From the NCBI RefSeq assembly GCF_902713615.1, contig NC_052167.1, forward strand, positions 19,582,690 through 19,646,689: a DNA stretch of 64,000 nucleotides, in the 5' to 3' direction. The position numbers and the translations under genes are program-made. Numbering within the stretch: position 1 is the first letter of the stretch; each line of letters opens with the position of its first letter. The stretch comes from Scyliorhinus canicula. Lineage: Eukaryota. The notes beneath the pieces were generated by a model. The model was given only the letters and a program-made list of their open reading frames with translations, had not been told where the DNA came from and searched no databases. Of this stretch, positions 1 to 15,100 are shown in pieces.

Positions 1-700
1 GAAAAAAAAATATATAACCCTAGGCTACTTACTGGATGGTTTCGTGGAGAAATGAAATATTCAGAGATTTGTACCTGTAACCAGTGTTTTGGGGCAGTAT
101 TCTCATAATCACGCCGAAGAGGTTATTAAGCAGTGGTCTCCTTCACACTGGGTAAGCTAAATACAGATTCGGCACTGCCTTGCAGAACTCCTTCAGTCAA
201 CTTCCAAACGGCCAGTCACTGGTCACTTCACTTCTTTGTTCCACCCCCGCTCTCAAACTCGGCCCCTCAAACCGTTCCAATGAAGCTCTCTGTAAGCTCA
301 AGGAACAGAACCGCGTTTCCTTAACGAGCCGCTTTACAATCTTGCGGGAGCAATACGGAGTTCGACAATTTCAAATGATAACCTCTGCCCCACTGCCGGC
401 ATTGCCGTTTGGTTTTTGGACACACATTGTTGGCAATGATCCTGCTTTCTCATTCATTCTACCGCCAGCCACATCCTTCACTGCACCATGTGCTTTAGCT
501 CAGTGGGCTAGACAGCTGGTTTGTGATGCAGAACAAGGCCAGCAGCGCAGGTTCAATTCCCGTACCAGCTGAGAATTCTGAATTCTCCCTTTTTGTACCC
601 GAACAGGCGCCGGAATGTGGCGACTAGGGCTTTTCACAGTAACTTCATTGCAGTGTTAATGTAAGCCTACTTGTGACAATAAAGATTCTTTACATTTTTC

Positions 701-1440
701 ACAGAAACATGGAAAATAGAAGCAGGAGGCCATTCGGCCCTTTGAGCCTGCTCCACCATTCATTAAGTTCAATACTCTGATCCCGCCTTCCCCCTCATTT
801 CCCTTGATCCCTTTAGCCCCAAGAGCTCTATCAAATTCCTTCTTGAAATCACACAACGTTTTGGCCTCAACTACTTTCTGTGGTAGCAAATTCTACAGAT
901 TCACCACTCTCTTGGTGAAGAAATTTCTCCTCACCTCAGTCCTAAAACGTTTACCCCTTATCCTCAAACTATGACCCCGAGTTCTGGACTCCCCCACCAT
1001 CGGGAACATTCTTTCTGAATCTACCCTGTCCAATCCTGTTAGAATTTTATAACTTTCTATGAGATCCCCCTTCTCACTCTTCTAAACGGCAATGAATATA
1101 ATCCTAACTGACTTAAGTTTCTCCTAATATGACAATCCCGCCATCCCAGGAATCAGCCTGGTAAACCTTCGCTGCTCTCCCTCCATGGCAAGAACATCCT
1201 TCCTCAGACAAGGACATCAAAACTGCTCACAATACTCCAGGTGTGACCTCACCAAGGCCCTATACAATTGCAGTAAAACATCCCTATTCCTAAACTCAAA
1301 CGCTCTCGCTATGAAGGCCAACATACCATTTGCCGCCTTTACTGCCTGCTGTACCTGCGCGCTTACTTTCAGCGACTGATGCACGAGGACACCAAGGTCT
1401 CGCTGAGTACCCACCTCCCTCAATTTACACCCATCCATCA
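701..1440 (-). mobile_element. CR1-type LINE 3' fragment
   Basis: ORF 1217-1441 (QRDLGVLV...LYRALVRSHLEYC) is CR1 ORF2 C-terminus; gggccgaatggcct-type 3' tail. Confidence 0.88.
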
Positions 1441-1712
1441 TCCTTTGTCATTTACTTGCTCCCATTTTCCACTCTAACATGGATTCCCCCTTCTGTTCTA
1501 TTGTCTCCTCCCCTCCCCCCATCTCTGCTTCTGTGCCCCTTTTAAACCTGGTAAACCCCTTACCAGCTTTTTCAGTTCCAGTGAAAGGCCATCGATCTTG
1601 AAAAGGTTGAGCCAGTTTCTCCTCCCGCAGATGCTGCCACACCTCGGGAGGGTTCCCAGCATTTTCTACTCCTGTTTCAGATTTCCTGCAGCTGCGGTTA
1701 TATTTGCTGTGG
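1441..1712 (+). mobile_element. Old Penelope-like terminal fragment (related relics at about 60565-60670 + and 61290-61365 -)
   Basis: cagatgctgcc...ccagcattttct...tttcagatttcc tail shared with the other copies. Confidence 0.5.
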
Positions 1713-2070
1713 CCTTCGGTGAAACCAATCTCGAGATGTTCTGGCTAAGTGACGGACTGGGGGGGGGGGCGCATCAAGAATGACGTCTTCGTTCGAAAAA
1801 GGGCAAACTTCTAATGCAAGCGTAGTACTGGAAAAAAAGACACTTAGGCCCCCCCACCCCTACACTTTCCTTAGTCTTTGATTGTAGCTAATCATTTTTT
1901 TTAAGTTGCTGTGGAACAAGCATTTGAAAGCCAGTTTCTACAGCTCCCTTTAAAAGCAGTCCCCCCTCTCTAAACCAGACCGGGCACACGCATTTTTCCT
2001 TGTAAACTCAAGTGGAGTTCAGGTCATGAATATTTCAGCGCTCAGCAGAGACAAAGCATTGCAGGATTCA

Positions 2071-2175
<105 letters not shown>

Positions 2176-2748
2176 TTAGAAAAACCCTTAATCCACGGAG
2201 AAGAACACAAGATCACAAGAATCAGGACAAATCTGCTTTGGACCGTTGGTTGCTCATTTTGTGCTTCAAGAAATATGATCCAATTGAAGGCAGATTACAT
2301 ATCAGCGGTAAATCAGGCACTCAGAACTGTCCTCAACATTCAAGTCTATAAATAGTTGCCAATAATTCAGCACAGTGCTATAATCGTAGTTACGGGTGAA
2401 TGTCAACACAATTAATTCTTACAGCCACGCAACCAATATAGAATGTTGCATTTTTCTTCTAGAATGACATGCCTATGGTAACCAAAATGTTCAATGATTG
2501 CCCAAGAGACAAGTATTCTGAGAGTTTAGATAAAAATGCAATGTCCCGGTGCATTTATTAGATCAGAATGTACGAGGCATACAGGGGAAGAGATGGTGGT
2601 AGAGGGGTGACGGGGAGAGGCAAGTTTCCACTGACACTCCATGGACACTCATCACATGCAACAATATAATGTTCGCAGAGTTGTAAACAAAAAACCCTTT
2701 TAAAGCTTTGCTCTCCTTTGGCAAGGTACGTCCTGGCGAGCCACATGG

Positions 2749-3133
2749 TGTGGTATTATGATACATGAAGGCAGTGCAAGAGTTAATAAATGTATACAGA
2801 CAGCGACTAGAGGGAGCTAGTCCTACGAGTATATAAGGGAGGATGCTAAGCCTTGTGGTACAGAAGGTTGGAGAAGGTGGTAGCAGAAGGAATGAGGAGA
2901 TAGCTAGACAGACTAAAGATAGTGAGAGAGAGCAGATAGTAGTTTAAACTAGTAGTGAGTTTAGATGTAGCTGAGAGTAGTTTGTGTCATTTATCAACCG
3001 TATCTTTCTGTGGGATAAGTGTCTAATCCAGTTAGTAGCGTTAAATGAAGTAGTTTGTTAACAAAGGTTGTTGTTCTTTGATCAACACTACGCATCAAAA
3101 CCATCCGGATAAAGTAAAGCAGAGAACAACACA
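2749..3133 (+). mobile_element. Solo LTR, 385 bp
   Basis: TG...CA termini; flanks CATGG/CACGG (5-bp TSD with one CpG transition); TATATAA near 2831. Confidence 0.65.
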
Positions 3134-4789
3134 CACGGTTTCCACAGAAGCTCCCCAGGCTTCAGTCAGAACTGGCAATTCACCAAATTCAATACAGTCT
3201 AGTGCCACGGTTGGGGAGATAGAACTGTAAGTGCTGTAGGCGCAGCTAACAAATGGCTTTGCTGTGAATAGGCAGCCTTAAAGTCTCTCTTGGATTGAGC
3301 CTGGATTTTGAGCTGTTATTGAAGATTATGTAGCGAAGCCAAACCTTGGATGGCTTGGTCCTATACTCTATCATTACAATAGGAGAGGAGAGGGCCATTC
3401 TTGTATTTGGCGTGCCGCCTCAAATTAATTTGTAAAACTCATATTTTATTTACAGCTATAAACAACACTTTGATTTGCAGAAAAACAGATTAATACTTTG
3501 GAACAGGGACCCCCACCCTATCCACAACCCAATTCATTTAGCTTTGTTGCTACTTCATAGAATCTTTGCCCTTCTAATCTTGACTTTATTGGCCAAAAGG
3601 TAATTCGCATGACTGTAACAAAATGGCTTCCAAAGGATTAGGTTATCCACAACATTACTCATGGCAAATCAAATAAACAAGTATTTAGAACAATTGTCAG
3701 GAAAATGGCAGCACGGTGGCGGAGTGATTAGCACTGCTGCCTCACGGCGCCAGGTTCGATCGCGCCCCTACGTCACTGTCCGTGTGGAGTTTGCACATTC
3801 CTCCGTGTCTGCGTGGGTTTTGCCCCCACAATCCAAAGATGTGCAGGGTAGGTGGATTGGCCACACTAAATTGCCCCTTAATTGGAATAAATGAATTGGT
3901 TACATTAAAAAAGAATTTTTTTTAAAGTAGTAACAATGGTCAGAAACAATAGACTATTTGCAAACAACATACTGCTCTGCTGGTGAAGGGGGAATTGCAT
4001 TTACGTAGTGCCTTTCATATCCTCAGTGAGTCTCAAAAGTGCTTAGCAATCTCTGCTACTGGGAGCAATGGTTGGACCAAAGGTCGGCATTTTAAGATCG
4101 TCTGTTCCAGTTTGCGTTGAAATTAAATGTTTCTGGGGCGCAGTAGTTAGCGCTGCTGCCTCACGCCGCTGAGGACCCGGGGACGATTCCGGCCCCGGGT
4201 CACTGGCCGTGTGGAGGTTGCACATTCTCCCCGTGTTTGTGTGGGTTTCACTCCCACAAACCCAAAAAGATGTGCAGGCTAGGTGGATTGGCCACGCTAA
4301 ATTGCCCCTTAAATTGAAAAAAAAAGAGAATTGGGTCCTCTAAAATTTTTTTAAAAGAAATTAAATTTTCTTCCTACGAGAAGGCCTGGTTTTACATTGC
4401 ACCAGAGCAGGAGAGGAGTAACTGACTCCACAACACAAAACGTAGCAAGGGAATTATTGGATAATAGACAAACGTGTTCAGGCATTCAGAATGGTTGTGA
4501 ACCGCCCTGACACTCAAATTGAAAATCACTCAGGATTGTTTGTTCTTGCACAAACTATGAAGGAGGGCATGCAAGAGAATTACCTTTTGGGAGTGGGGGA
4601 AAAGACGAGGAACTGTACAATTGACAACTGGGCGTTCCTGTATTTTGGAAAGATTTAGGTAGGCAGTGAGACGAGCAAAACTCCTTTCAGGAGAGCAAAG
4701 GAGGTTAACCGGGGATCTGTCAGAGGTGCTCCAGATAGTGAGGTGTTCATGAAGCGAACTGAGAAAACCATTTCCAGTAGCCAATAGGT

Positions 4790-5112
4790 TGGGGCAACAC
4801 GGTAGCACAAGTGGCTAGCACTGTGGCTTCACAGTGCCAGGATCCCAGGTTCGATTCACTGCTGTGTCACTGTCCGTGCGGAGTCTGCACGTTCTCCCCA
4901 TGTCTGCGTGGGTTTCCTCCGGTTTCCTCCCACAGTCCAAAGACGTGCAAGTTAGGTGGATTGGCCATGCGAAATTGACCTTAGTGTCCAAAAAAAGGTT
5001 AGGACTGGTTATTGGGTTATGGGGATAGGGTGGAAGTGAGGGCTTAAGTGGGTCGGTGCAGACTCGATGGGCCAAATGGCCTCCTTCTGCACTGTATATT
5101 CTGTGTTCTATG
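4790..5112 (+). mobile_element. tRNA-derived V-SINE (HE1-like), long form with CR1 tail. Similar copies at about 13499-13847 -, 22170-22510 -, 27155-27472 +, 43256-43520 -, 55016-55545 +; partial at 59440-59615 - and 60765-60900 -
   Basis: A/B boxes (tggctagc, ggttcgattc); core gtttcctcccacagtccaaaga; tail ggccaaatggcctccttctgcactgta shared with CR1. Confidence 0.85.
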
Positions 5113-5785
5113 TATGGATATAACTACAGGGAAGAAATTTAAAGTTACCACCATTAGAAAGAAGGGAGATGTTTGGAATTTTATCCGAGGATTATTAAAA
5201 CATGGAATGCCCCAACAAGAACCAGTGCTGAATTCAGAACAGTTTTTCAAACAGAAAATTCTACGTACACATATTTTAAATGTTGGAAAAGGGCATGGGA
5301 AAAAGTTAATGGGAACAGACATATGTGGAAGAAACTGGCAACACTTTGGTGCGTCAAATGCACCCTTCAGTGCTATAAATGCCGTTGTCACCATGAGATC
5401 GGAGTCTACTATAAACAGTCAGGTTTAAAATGCGCCTAGCAGCACAGAGGTCTCCCCCACAGGGCTCAGCAATGGGAGAGCTAAATTTTGAGATTGATGG
5501 ATTTTTGGTGACAAAGGAAACTCAGGAATCTGGAGACCGGATTGAAAAATTGAATTCAAGCGCACATCAGCCATGATCTTATCAAATGGGAACACAGGCT
5601 CAACACTATTGGCCGAACTCCTGAGCTTAGTCTTGCATTAAAGTGGCATCTCGTCCGATTTCTACTACCCAAGGAAAATGAGTTTTTTTTTTAATTGTAG
5701 ACCCACAAGCTTGGGGTGGTCATTTTGCTCACATTTCAGGAATGAATTTACAATTGGTGGCTGTGGGTTCAAGATATCAGCGTTA

Positions 5786-6016
<231 letters not shown>

Positions 6017-6229
6017 CTATAATCATAAAACACATCTTTCAACGAGCATTAAAAATGATTTCAGAGCGGAATTGTTTTGCGAGTTAGCAATAGGGCAGGC
6101 ACCCAGGGGAGAAAAGAGGAATCTCCAAATCCCTCACCCGCGGCCTCTGAACAGCAATCGTTTTATCTGTCCAACCACATGCATGAAACAAAGTTAGTGC
6201 TGTGCAACTTAGTTCCTTCCATCAGAGGA

Positions 6230-6572
6230 ACAAATAACCTTGCATTCATTAAGTGCCTTTCACTGCCTCAGGAAGTTGGTCAATGAAGTACTTTTTGAAA
6301 CGTAGTGACTTTTATAACTTGGGAAAACCTGGCAGTCAGTTTGCAAGCAACAAGGTCTATAAAATCACACAAAAGGTCATTTATAAAAAAACTTTAAAAT
6401 CAATTGAGGGACGGATATTGTCCGGTACACGGAGAGAATGTCACCAGCGCCGCCTGATGGAGACGAAAAACATCGCACTCCCTCAGTACTCTCCCGGAGT
6501 GTGAGCCTGGACTACGTGCTCATCTCTCTGGGATGGAGCCTGAACGCATGACCTTCCGACTCAAGAGCTGCG
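6230..6572 (-). mobile_element. Old DeuSINE/SacSINE1-like relic
   Basis: gcactccctcagtact...gagtgtgagcctgga...gaccttccgactcaagag resembles the Deu-SINE head and core; diverged, recognised from memory. Confidence 0.5.
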
Positions 6573-7067
6573 GCGCAACAATTCTTCCCAACTCCTCTCA
6601 ACATGCTGAATTGATACATCTTCGAACATCAGCTACATGGACTTTGCACAGGCTGAAAGAGGAGAGGGGGACCAAGTGGATCGGTTTCCAAAGAGTCACA
6701 CGGGTTCAAAGGCCTACCCTATTGTGGTGCGATATGTTAGAAATGCCCAGCGTCATTTGGAGCTTCTGCGGCAGTAGCTGTCGCTGGTCAAGCTACTCCG
6801 TTTTGACTAGAGTTGCCCTGCACGATGGGCTTTTCTGAAAACCGGGCACCGGGTACCAAAGTAAATTGGGTTTTTTTCTGAATCTATTTAAGGAGGTTAC
6901 TTGGCCACTAGAATCATCACCCAAAGGATCAACTTTGAAAATATTTTACCTGATGTGTTACCAGTGACAGAATAAATGGCACCCTCCCGGAAGTGGAAAG
7001 GAAAGACGACAAAACACCAAAAGCAAATTAGCAGCCCAGTATCTGAAATATTACATACGGTGCAGTT

Positions 7068-7412
7068 TATTTATTTACTTGTTCATGGGATGTGGGCGTC
7101 GCTGGCCGGGACAGCATTTATTGCCCATCCCTGAGGGCATTCCAGAGTCAACCACATTGCTTTGGTCTGGAGTCACATGTAAGCCAGACCAGGTAAGGAC
7201 GGCAGATTTCCTACCCTAAAGGACATTAGTGAACCAGGTGGGTTATTACGACAATCGGCAATGGTTTCATGTTCGTCATTAGACTTTTAATTCCCGATTT
7301 TTATTGAATTCAAATTTCACCATCTGCCCTGGTGGGATTCGAACCCAGGTCCCCAGGGCATTACTCTGGGTCTCTGGATTGCTAGTCCAGTAACAATACA
7401 ACACTGCCTCCC
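7068..7412 (-). mobile_element. Third tRNA-derived SINE
   Basis: Minus-strand B box gggttcgaatccc near 7335-7347; (taaa)n tail at 7068-7078. Confidence 0.7.
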
Positions 7413-7601
7413 AATTGGCGGTGGAAGCATTCCAGTAGCTCAATAATTAAAACGCTCAACTTGCAAGTGATCCACATTACAATTCACGGCCATTATACGA
7501 ACAGATCGGAGCTTGGGATGGGTTTGTTCACTTCTAAGCCAATATTGGACAATTAGAAGTGCAGGATTTCAACTCCAAGGAGGACTGCCAGTCAGAGTTA
7601 T

Positions 7602-7685
7602 AGTAAGAAGTCTTACAACAGCAGGTTAAAGTCCAACAGGTTTGTTTCGAATCACTAGCTTTCGGAGCACAGCTCCTTCCTCAGG
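7602..7685. mobile_element. Short Penelope-like fragment
   Basis: Near-identical to 44703-44780; flanked by a GTTAT duplication. Confidence 0.7.
7652..7685 (-). ncRNA. Minimal hammerhead ribozyme relic, helix I 5' arm truncated
   Basis: Minus strand C-CTGAGGA-A-GGAGC-tgt-GCTCC-GAAA-GCTA-GTGA; element ends at a GTTAT duplication. Confidence 0.6.
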
Positions 7686-7878
7686 GTTATGGTGGCGACT
7701 ACAGCACAAAATAGTCTGATCATTTGGCCATTGGGGCACTTGGCAAAGAGCCTTTGGGAGGAGCAAACCAAAATCTGAAAAGCACTTTCAGTTCAACAGA
7801 ATCAATTGGAGCACAAGTACACTTGGGCGACCGATAGGGGATATAGTAGAACCCCTCTCTCCAAACAGTGCACTTTTA

Positions 7879-8241
<363 letters not shown>

Positions 8242-9547
8242 CTAATTTGAAACCGTAAAATTGAAGTGTTGAAACACAGAATGGGATTGAATGAAATACA
8301 TCCTTTCTAAAACGGTCGTTTTTTATTCTTGGCTATGAGTGGAATTTCCACGGTCCTTAAAATGGATGAATAAAATGCAAATTGCTGGAAATTAAGATAC
8401 AAACTTACTCTGAGCCCGACTGAATGCTGCAAAATAATTTAAGCAGCCACACAAACAAGCTGGAAATTTCCAGCCGTTTATCATTTGAAGTTTATTGTTA
8501 GCACCTCGGAAAGCTACGAGCAGGATGGTACGCCGAGTGCAGAACCTTCAGATAGAATCAATCAACAAAAAGAGCTCTGGCTTTAAATGTGGCTTTGGAA
8601 TAGGTCCCAACTGCACTTAAAACAAACAAGTCATGGGTCAGGCTAAAGAACTCAAAGACAGGAGAGTGAATGAATTTGGAAGGACGATCCAATACAGGGA
8701 CATACAAGTGAAAAGGGGCAGGTTTAATATCAATACGGTCACCTTAAATTCAGAGACTGCCTCTTTAAACTGTTAATGTAAACATGCTAATACTGACCAT
8801 TGTTATTTTAGTGCGCCAAATAGTAACGACACTTTTAAAAACATAGAACTATATTCCTAAGATTTTTTTTCCCAGCTAATCTGAGAACATGATATGATAT
8901 TATCATGTCATTCTGATTAAGCACAACTGTCAGTTCCCTGGCTTCTAAATTCCTGCTCCCGGAGCCCATTTAGACACATTCAACGTACATTTAACTGCTG
9001 GCGTCAAGTAGATTAAGTGCCAACTAAAATAAATTCACCAGCTACACAGGTTCCCTGATGGTGCAGCGAGGTTACGAGTAGTATGTAAAAGCAGAAAAGG
9101 TGTCGGGTTCGATTCCTAGCTTGTTGCACAGTTCACACTGACCTTCGGGGACAGATTAAACCAGATTTCATTTTTCAATTAAAAAAAAAATATATAAACG
9201 CCTTGCACTCTCAAAATCTTTGAGATGCTCTACAATTGGTCAACCGATGTTGCCCCAAAAAAGCCACAAGGGGAATGGCTTTGATGCCACTTACATTGCC
9301 CCCGTGGCAACATGGCTGAGATCAGAACACACTCGGGCAAAAAGTGGAGATCTGGAGCACGGGGTCTGTGCCGAGCCATTCCGTAAAACCGTGTACTGGA
9401 ATTTCAATGCTAAACCTGCATTTTAAATCCACTTCATTGTATCGACAGAAATGCAAGATGAATTAATGACACATGCAAAGGAAAATTAGATAATGCTCTA
9501 AAAAGGCTGATGTGCTTATAAAACTTCTTCATCCATGCAACATCCTA

Positions 9548-9886
<339 letters not shown>

Positions 9887-10356
9887 TTACAAAATGCTTC
9901 ACTCAAATCCTGTTCAAAAAGGTCAACCTTGGGTGTGTCTCCATGTATTAGCTATTTCTTACCAGCGGGGAGAGAATGTTTTTGAACGCATGGTTGAGCA
10001 GTAACCTGCAACGGCTTCCATCAGCAAGCGGATCTCAAGGCTAGGAACCACAAGGTAACTATGGATTTTACAATAAAATTCTTTATTGCAACACCAATAT
10101 TCGTTCACTAGATTCTGCGAAGCAGTACAGGGACAGACACAAACATACCAGCAATGTAGGGCCACAGTAAAATGGTCACAACAGATTTAGCATAGATGGT
10201 CAGTACATATAAACTTGGAAACATCGTCAAAGTAACCAGCAGAGACTGTATGTCCCATCGCCAGATGCAGTCTCTCCGAAAGAGAGATTTGCTACAGGTC
10301 CTACCTGGATAATTTGAAATCAAGGAAGGGAGAGCAATTTAAACTCTTAAAAGTTA

Positions 10357-10548
<192 letters not shown>

Positions 10549-12028
10549 TTAATCTTGTTGAAGCAGGTTTTAATTAAAATTGTTTGCAATCAAAACACGA
10601 CAAGTCTTACATGTACTGAGTGTGCTGGACACCCAGAAACATTACACACAGACGGCAAATCATTTGGATGCTGGTGTAGCAATTCAGCTCAACATCTCCC
10701 CCCCCACCTTTGTAACTTACAGCAAATGCAGTCATGACGTTATGCAATGGAGCACATTTGAATTACAGCAACACATACAGATGGATTAATAAGAAGAACA
10801 TGTCTACGCTGAGCATGTCAAATTCAATCTTACCATTACGTCTGTATTAATTTTATATATTGTATCCCTCAATCCATGTGCTCTGGCAGACTTTCCTTTA
10901 ATACCCATTTTCATTAAGAATGAAGAACCTCCAGCATTTACTGAAAATGACTTCAATGGGTTTCACAAAATATATTTTAGCACAGAAACAGCACATTAGC
11001 AAAATACAGCACTGCAGGAATGTTGGTTGGTTATCAGCAAGCAGCTTCTGCTGATGCTTCTGAAATTTTCTGCATATAAATTGCAGAGTATAAAATAATT
11101 CATATAGTTTACTATGGATGACACCAGAATATTGAAATGCACAGAACGCTGATGTTAATCTGCCTAACTTTTAAGGAGCAGGCAAGTGAAATCTATTTTG
11201 ACTGCTGCTGTATTTTTTTTTAAAGAATGTAACACTTCTGCATTTCAAGTGAGCTGGCCCCAAACATGCATTTGTAGATTTTTATCACATTGGTCTGTAA
11301 TGAGTTTAAACTCAAAAAACGCAAAGGTGAAAGGCTCACATACTTAGAACCCCCTGCCGGTCTCTAGGTTAACAAAACATCACCACTAACGAGAGGTGCT
11401 GCATGGAGCAATCCAGGGCCACGCAGCGTCAGTGCCAATTTTGTGATTTAAAAAAAAGTGATTGTAAGCTCCAACTTTTTAAGCAGTGCCTGTGTTGGAT
11501 GAAATAGGGCAAGAGGAGTCTGACCATGGATACATTCAAAATTAAATCCAACAAAAAAAACGGAACAAACGTACATAATTGCTTGGTTACAGACCGAGGT
11601 CGTCCCAAAGTAAATTTTATTTACTTGCACAATTCAATTAAGGATTTATTAAACTAGAAATAAATAACTTTTACTGAAGTTTGGACCCAGTTCACAGCCC
11701 CACAGAACCTTACGAACAAGAATAGTCTTGCACCACGTCGATGTTATTGGATACCCAAATACTCCAGGTACATCAAAAATCTGTTTCCCCCCTCCACTCA
11801 CTAATTCCCATTATTAAATAGATTGATAATAGAAATTATTCAAAATAAGAACTGATGGAAAGACTAGATGAGATTAAAACCCCTATTTGGAATTTACAGG
11901 CAAATGTAACTACAGCAGTTTTATCCAGAAGGGAGTCAATAGGATGAGGACAACACCGACCCATTTGGTCCAAAGGAACAAGCTCGTCTTCTGTCCCTCT
12001 ACTTATGCACATACTTTAGCACACACTA

Positions 12029-12196
<168 letters not shown>

Positions 12197-15100
12197 CTAA
12201 AAGTTAGAAACAAAATCAAGTTTTTATTTGGTTGCGGGGGCATAAATTCTAGCCCATTCTTAACAGCAAAGTACAAGTGAGCACAAGGAATTGGGAACAG
12301 AACAAACGGCAGAAGCTGATAAAAGGTGAAAACTATAATCGCATAGGTACAGGACAATGGGGTTTGGCTGACAGATGCAATAGGAGATGGTACCTGCTGT
12401 TAGATCAGAATTGTACACGTCACTGCCTGCCTGGCAATATAGGTGCTCTGTGAATTCATGTAAACGCACAAATGCAGAACTCTGCTCATCATCCTGTTAG
12501 ATGTCAAGGTCAGGACTCTGGGCTCCCGCCTAATACTGGATGAAGTTTGGTTCAAGAAGTATCCAAACGGTGCATAAGACCTGGCTTCCAGTTGTACTGC
12601 ATCCAACCAGAACCTTGAGCAGTGAAAAGGCTACCTGGGGGGGGGGGGGGGGGGGGGGGAGATCTCTCATCTTGCGGCAATAGAGGTGCCCTGGGGGTCG
12701 AGACTGAAGACCCAACTCTGGAGTTGTACAACTGCATTTACACTGTTAAATATCCAAACCCATTTGACACTCAACATAGCAACGCAGAATATTCCTGTGT
12801 TTAAGTATTCTTCATTTCTGCTTCATAGGAATTGCTCTTTATTTGCTGCATTACTTGCATTGGGTTACTGAATTGCTCATCAATGACTCCAATCGACTCC
12901 AAGTGGATGTTACATGTATCCTGTTGCGATGCAGTCATTCTATTATTGACTGGGAAAAATATAAAAATCATACAACTAATAAGTTTCTTTAATATTCACC
13001 AAAGCCAAAATCATATTTTCTTCTCATTGTTGTCCAAACACTAGAATTTAATTTACAAAACACAGATGATTTATCTCAGTGGGAAGGGTCAGTGTAAACA
13101 TTGAGCTGCATTGTAATTAACTCCCTTCCTACGAGAGAAAAAGCAAATGCATCAGGAAGGAAGGAAAAGTGTGTGGAACAACTCAAACAATCGCAAGGAC
13201 AGACTACAGGGCACGCGATGAAGCCGGTGTGTCGTTTCACCTTCCCTTCTGCAACATGGACTCTCAGCGAAGTGGACGTTACCCCATGAACTCCCTGAAC
13301 AGTCTGAATCTGGGATGAGGTTTGTGTGGAACGTTTCAGTTTCACCAAATGACCCCTCTCCTGTGTCGTAGATTCCATGTACAGACCATCGTTGATCCGT
13401 ACAGGTCAAGATAGGACCCAAGTTCAGGCCCTGGTCTATGATAAATTAACCGTTCTCCCCCAAAGAGTGCCAGAGTAGACAGGATCGGCTTCAGCTACCA
13501 TAGAATTTACAGTGCAGAAGAAGGCCATTCGGCCCATCGAGTCTGCACTGGCTCTTGGAAAGAGCACCCTACCCAAGGTCAACACCTCCACCCTATCCCC
13601 ATAACCCAGTAACCCCACCCAACACTAAGGGCAATTTTGGACACTAAGGGCAATTTTATCATGGCCAATCTACTTAACCTGCACATCTTTGGACTGTGGG
13701 AGGAAACCGGAGCACCCGGAGGAAACCCACACACACACACACACGGGGAGGATGTGCAGACTCCGCACAGAGTGACCCAAGCTGGAATCGAACCTGGGAC
13801 CCTGGAGCTGTGAAACAATTATGCTATCCACAATGCTACCGTGCTTCCCAGATCCTATATATGGGAGGGGTTCACATTTTAATAAAGGCCATATTGTTAT
13901 GAAGGCAACCTCTGCCTATCGGACTCCACATCAGAAGATGGGAGAAAAGTTTTTTAAAAAGGGAGAAACGCAACTCACAGGATGGATCACCATATCCCAT
14001 TTCAGGATTAACATATCAGATTTGCCATCAACATATCTGGCTCAAACAGCCCTTGTGAAGAGTTGGCAGCTCTATCAAGGGATCCTCCATCTGAATCTAG
14101 AGAGTGAACGTTGTTGATGGTAAATGCAGCTCAGCCTATCGCAGTCTGATGATAAACAATTACAGTAAGGACCAGTAGATAACAATTAGGATAGGAAGCC
14201 TGAGCTGCAATCCCTTTTCAAGCTGAGGACTGGCCCAAAGTGCCTCCAACATTGTTCTAAAATGCCTCCATACTCACGTGGGGCTTAGTACCGTGTGATG
14301 TTGTTACTTAATAAATAAAGGAGAGTTCTCTCTCTCCCCGAATGGTACATTCCCAGAAAATTGGGATCAACAGATAAAGACTATTTTCCGCTTTCAGTAT
14401 ATTATTATTTTGGCAGCCATTCAGCAGTCAGGATACTATCTCAATGGACCATTTTGTTGTGATGTCTACTTGTTCAGTGCTATAATGCAATGTCTACGCT
14501 TACTTGTTCAGGGATCGTTCAGCTCCACTCTTTGAGCTAAGACTTTGGAGAAATAGTTGCGTCAGTTATTTTTATATGCTTAAAGTAGACCTCAACCACA
14601 GCTTCAGGACTACAGCAAACACTTACTGAGCCTTAAATAAACGTTTGTGGGGGAAAAAATGTTAGTTTTATTCAAGTTCGCTAAAGTACTTTAATGTAAC
14701 ATTTAATTCATACTCAAATCGGACTGAGGCAAGGAAAGATTTCTTCAGGAAAGGAATTCACTACCACAGAAAGTAGTTGAAGCCAAAATGTTTTGATTTC
14801 AAGAAGGAATCAGATGTAGCTCTTACGGCTAAAGGGATCAAGGGATGGGGAGGGGATCAGGGTATTAAACTTGATGATCAGCCATGATCGTAATGAATGG
14901 CAGAGCAGCTCGACGGGCCGAATGGCCTCCTCCTGCTTTTGTTTTTTATGTATCTTAATGATCAGCTGCTGGAGACAGCGTGAGGAGTTAGGCCAACAAC
15001 GAAGAATCTGACATCTCCTAATACAATAAATAACTGGGCAGAAATAATGCTTAGATTCAAAACATAAACACTGCTAGCAGTCTAGCATATCCCCGGGGAG

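Noticed and set aside
3707-3780. tRNA genes at the SINE heads
   Set aside because: A/B boxes run directly into SINE body sequence with no complete cloverleaf
12637-12659. Long poly-G/poly-C runs (also about 24591, 43807, 45889, 47258, 57057, 57538, 58177) as functional G-quadruplexes
   Set aside because: Simple homopolymers on both strands with unreliable lengths and no positional pattern
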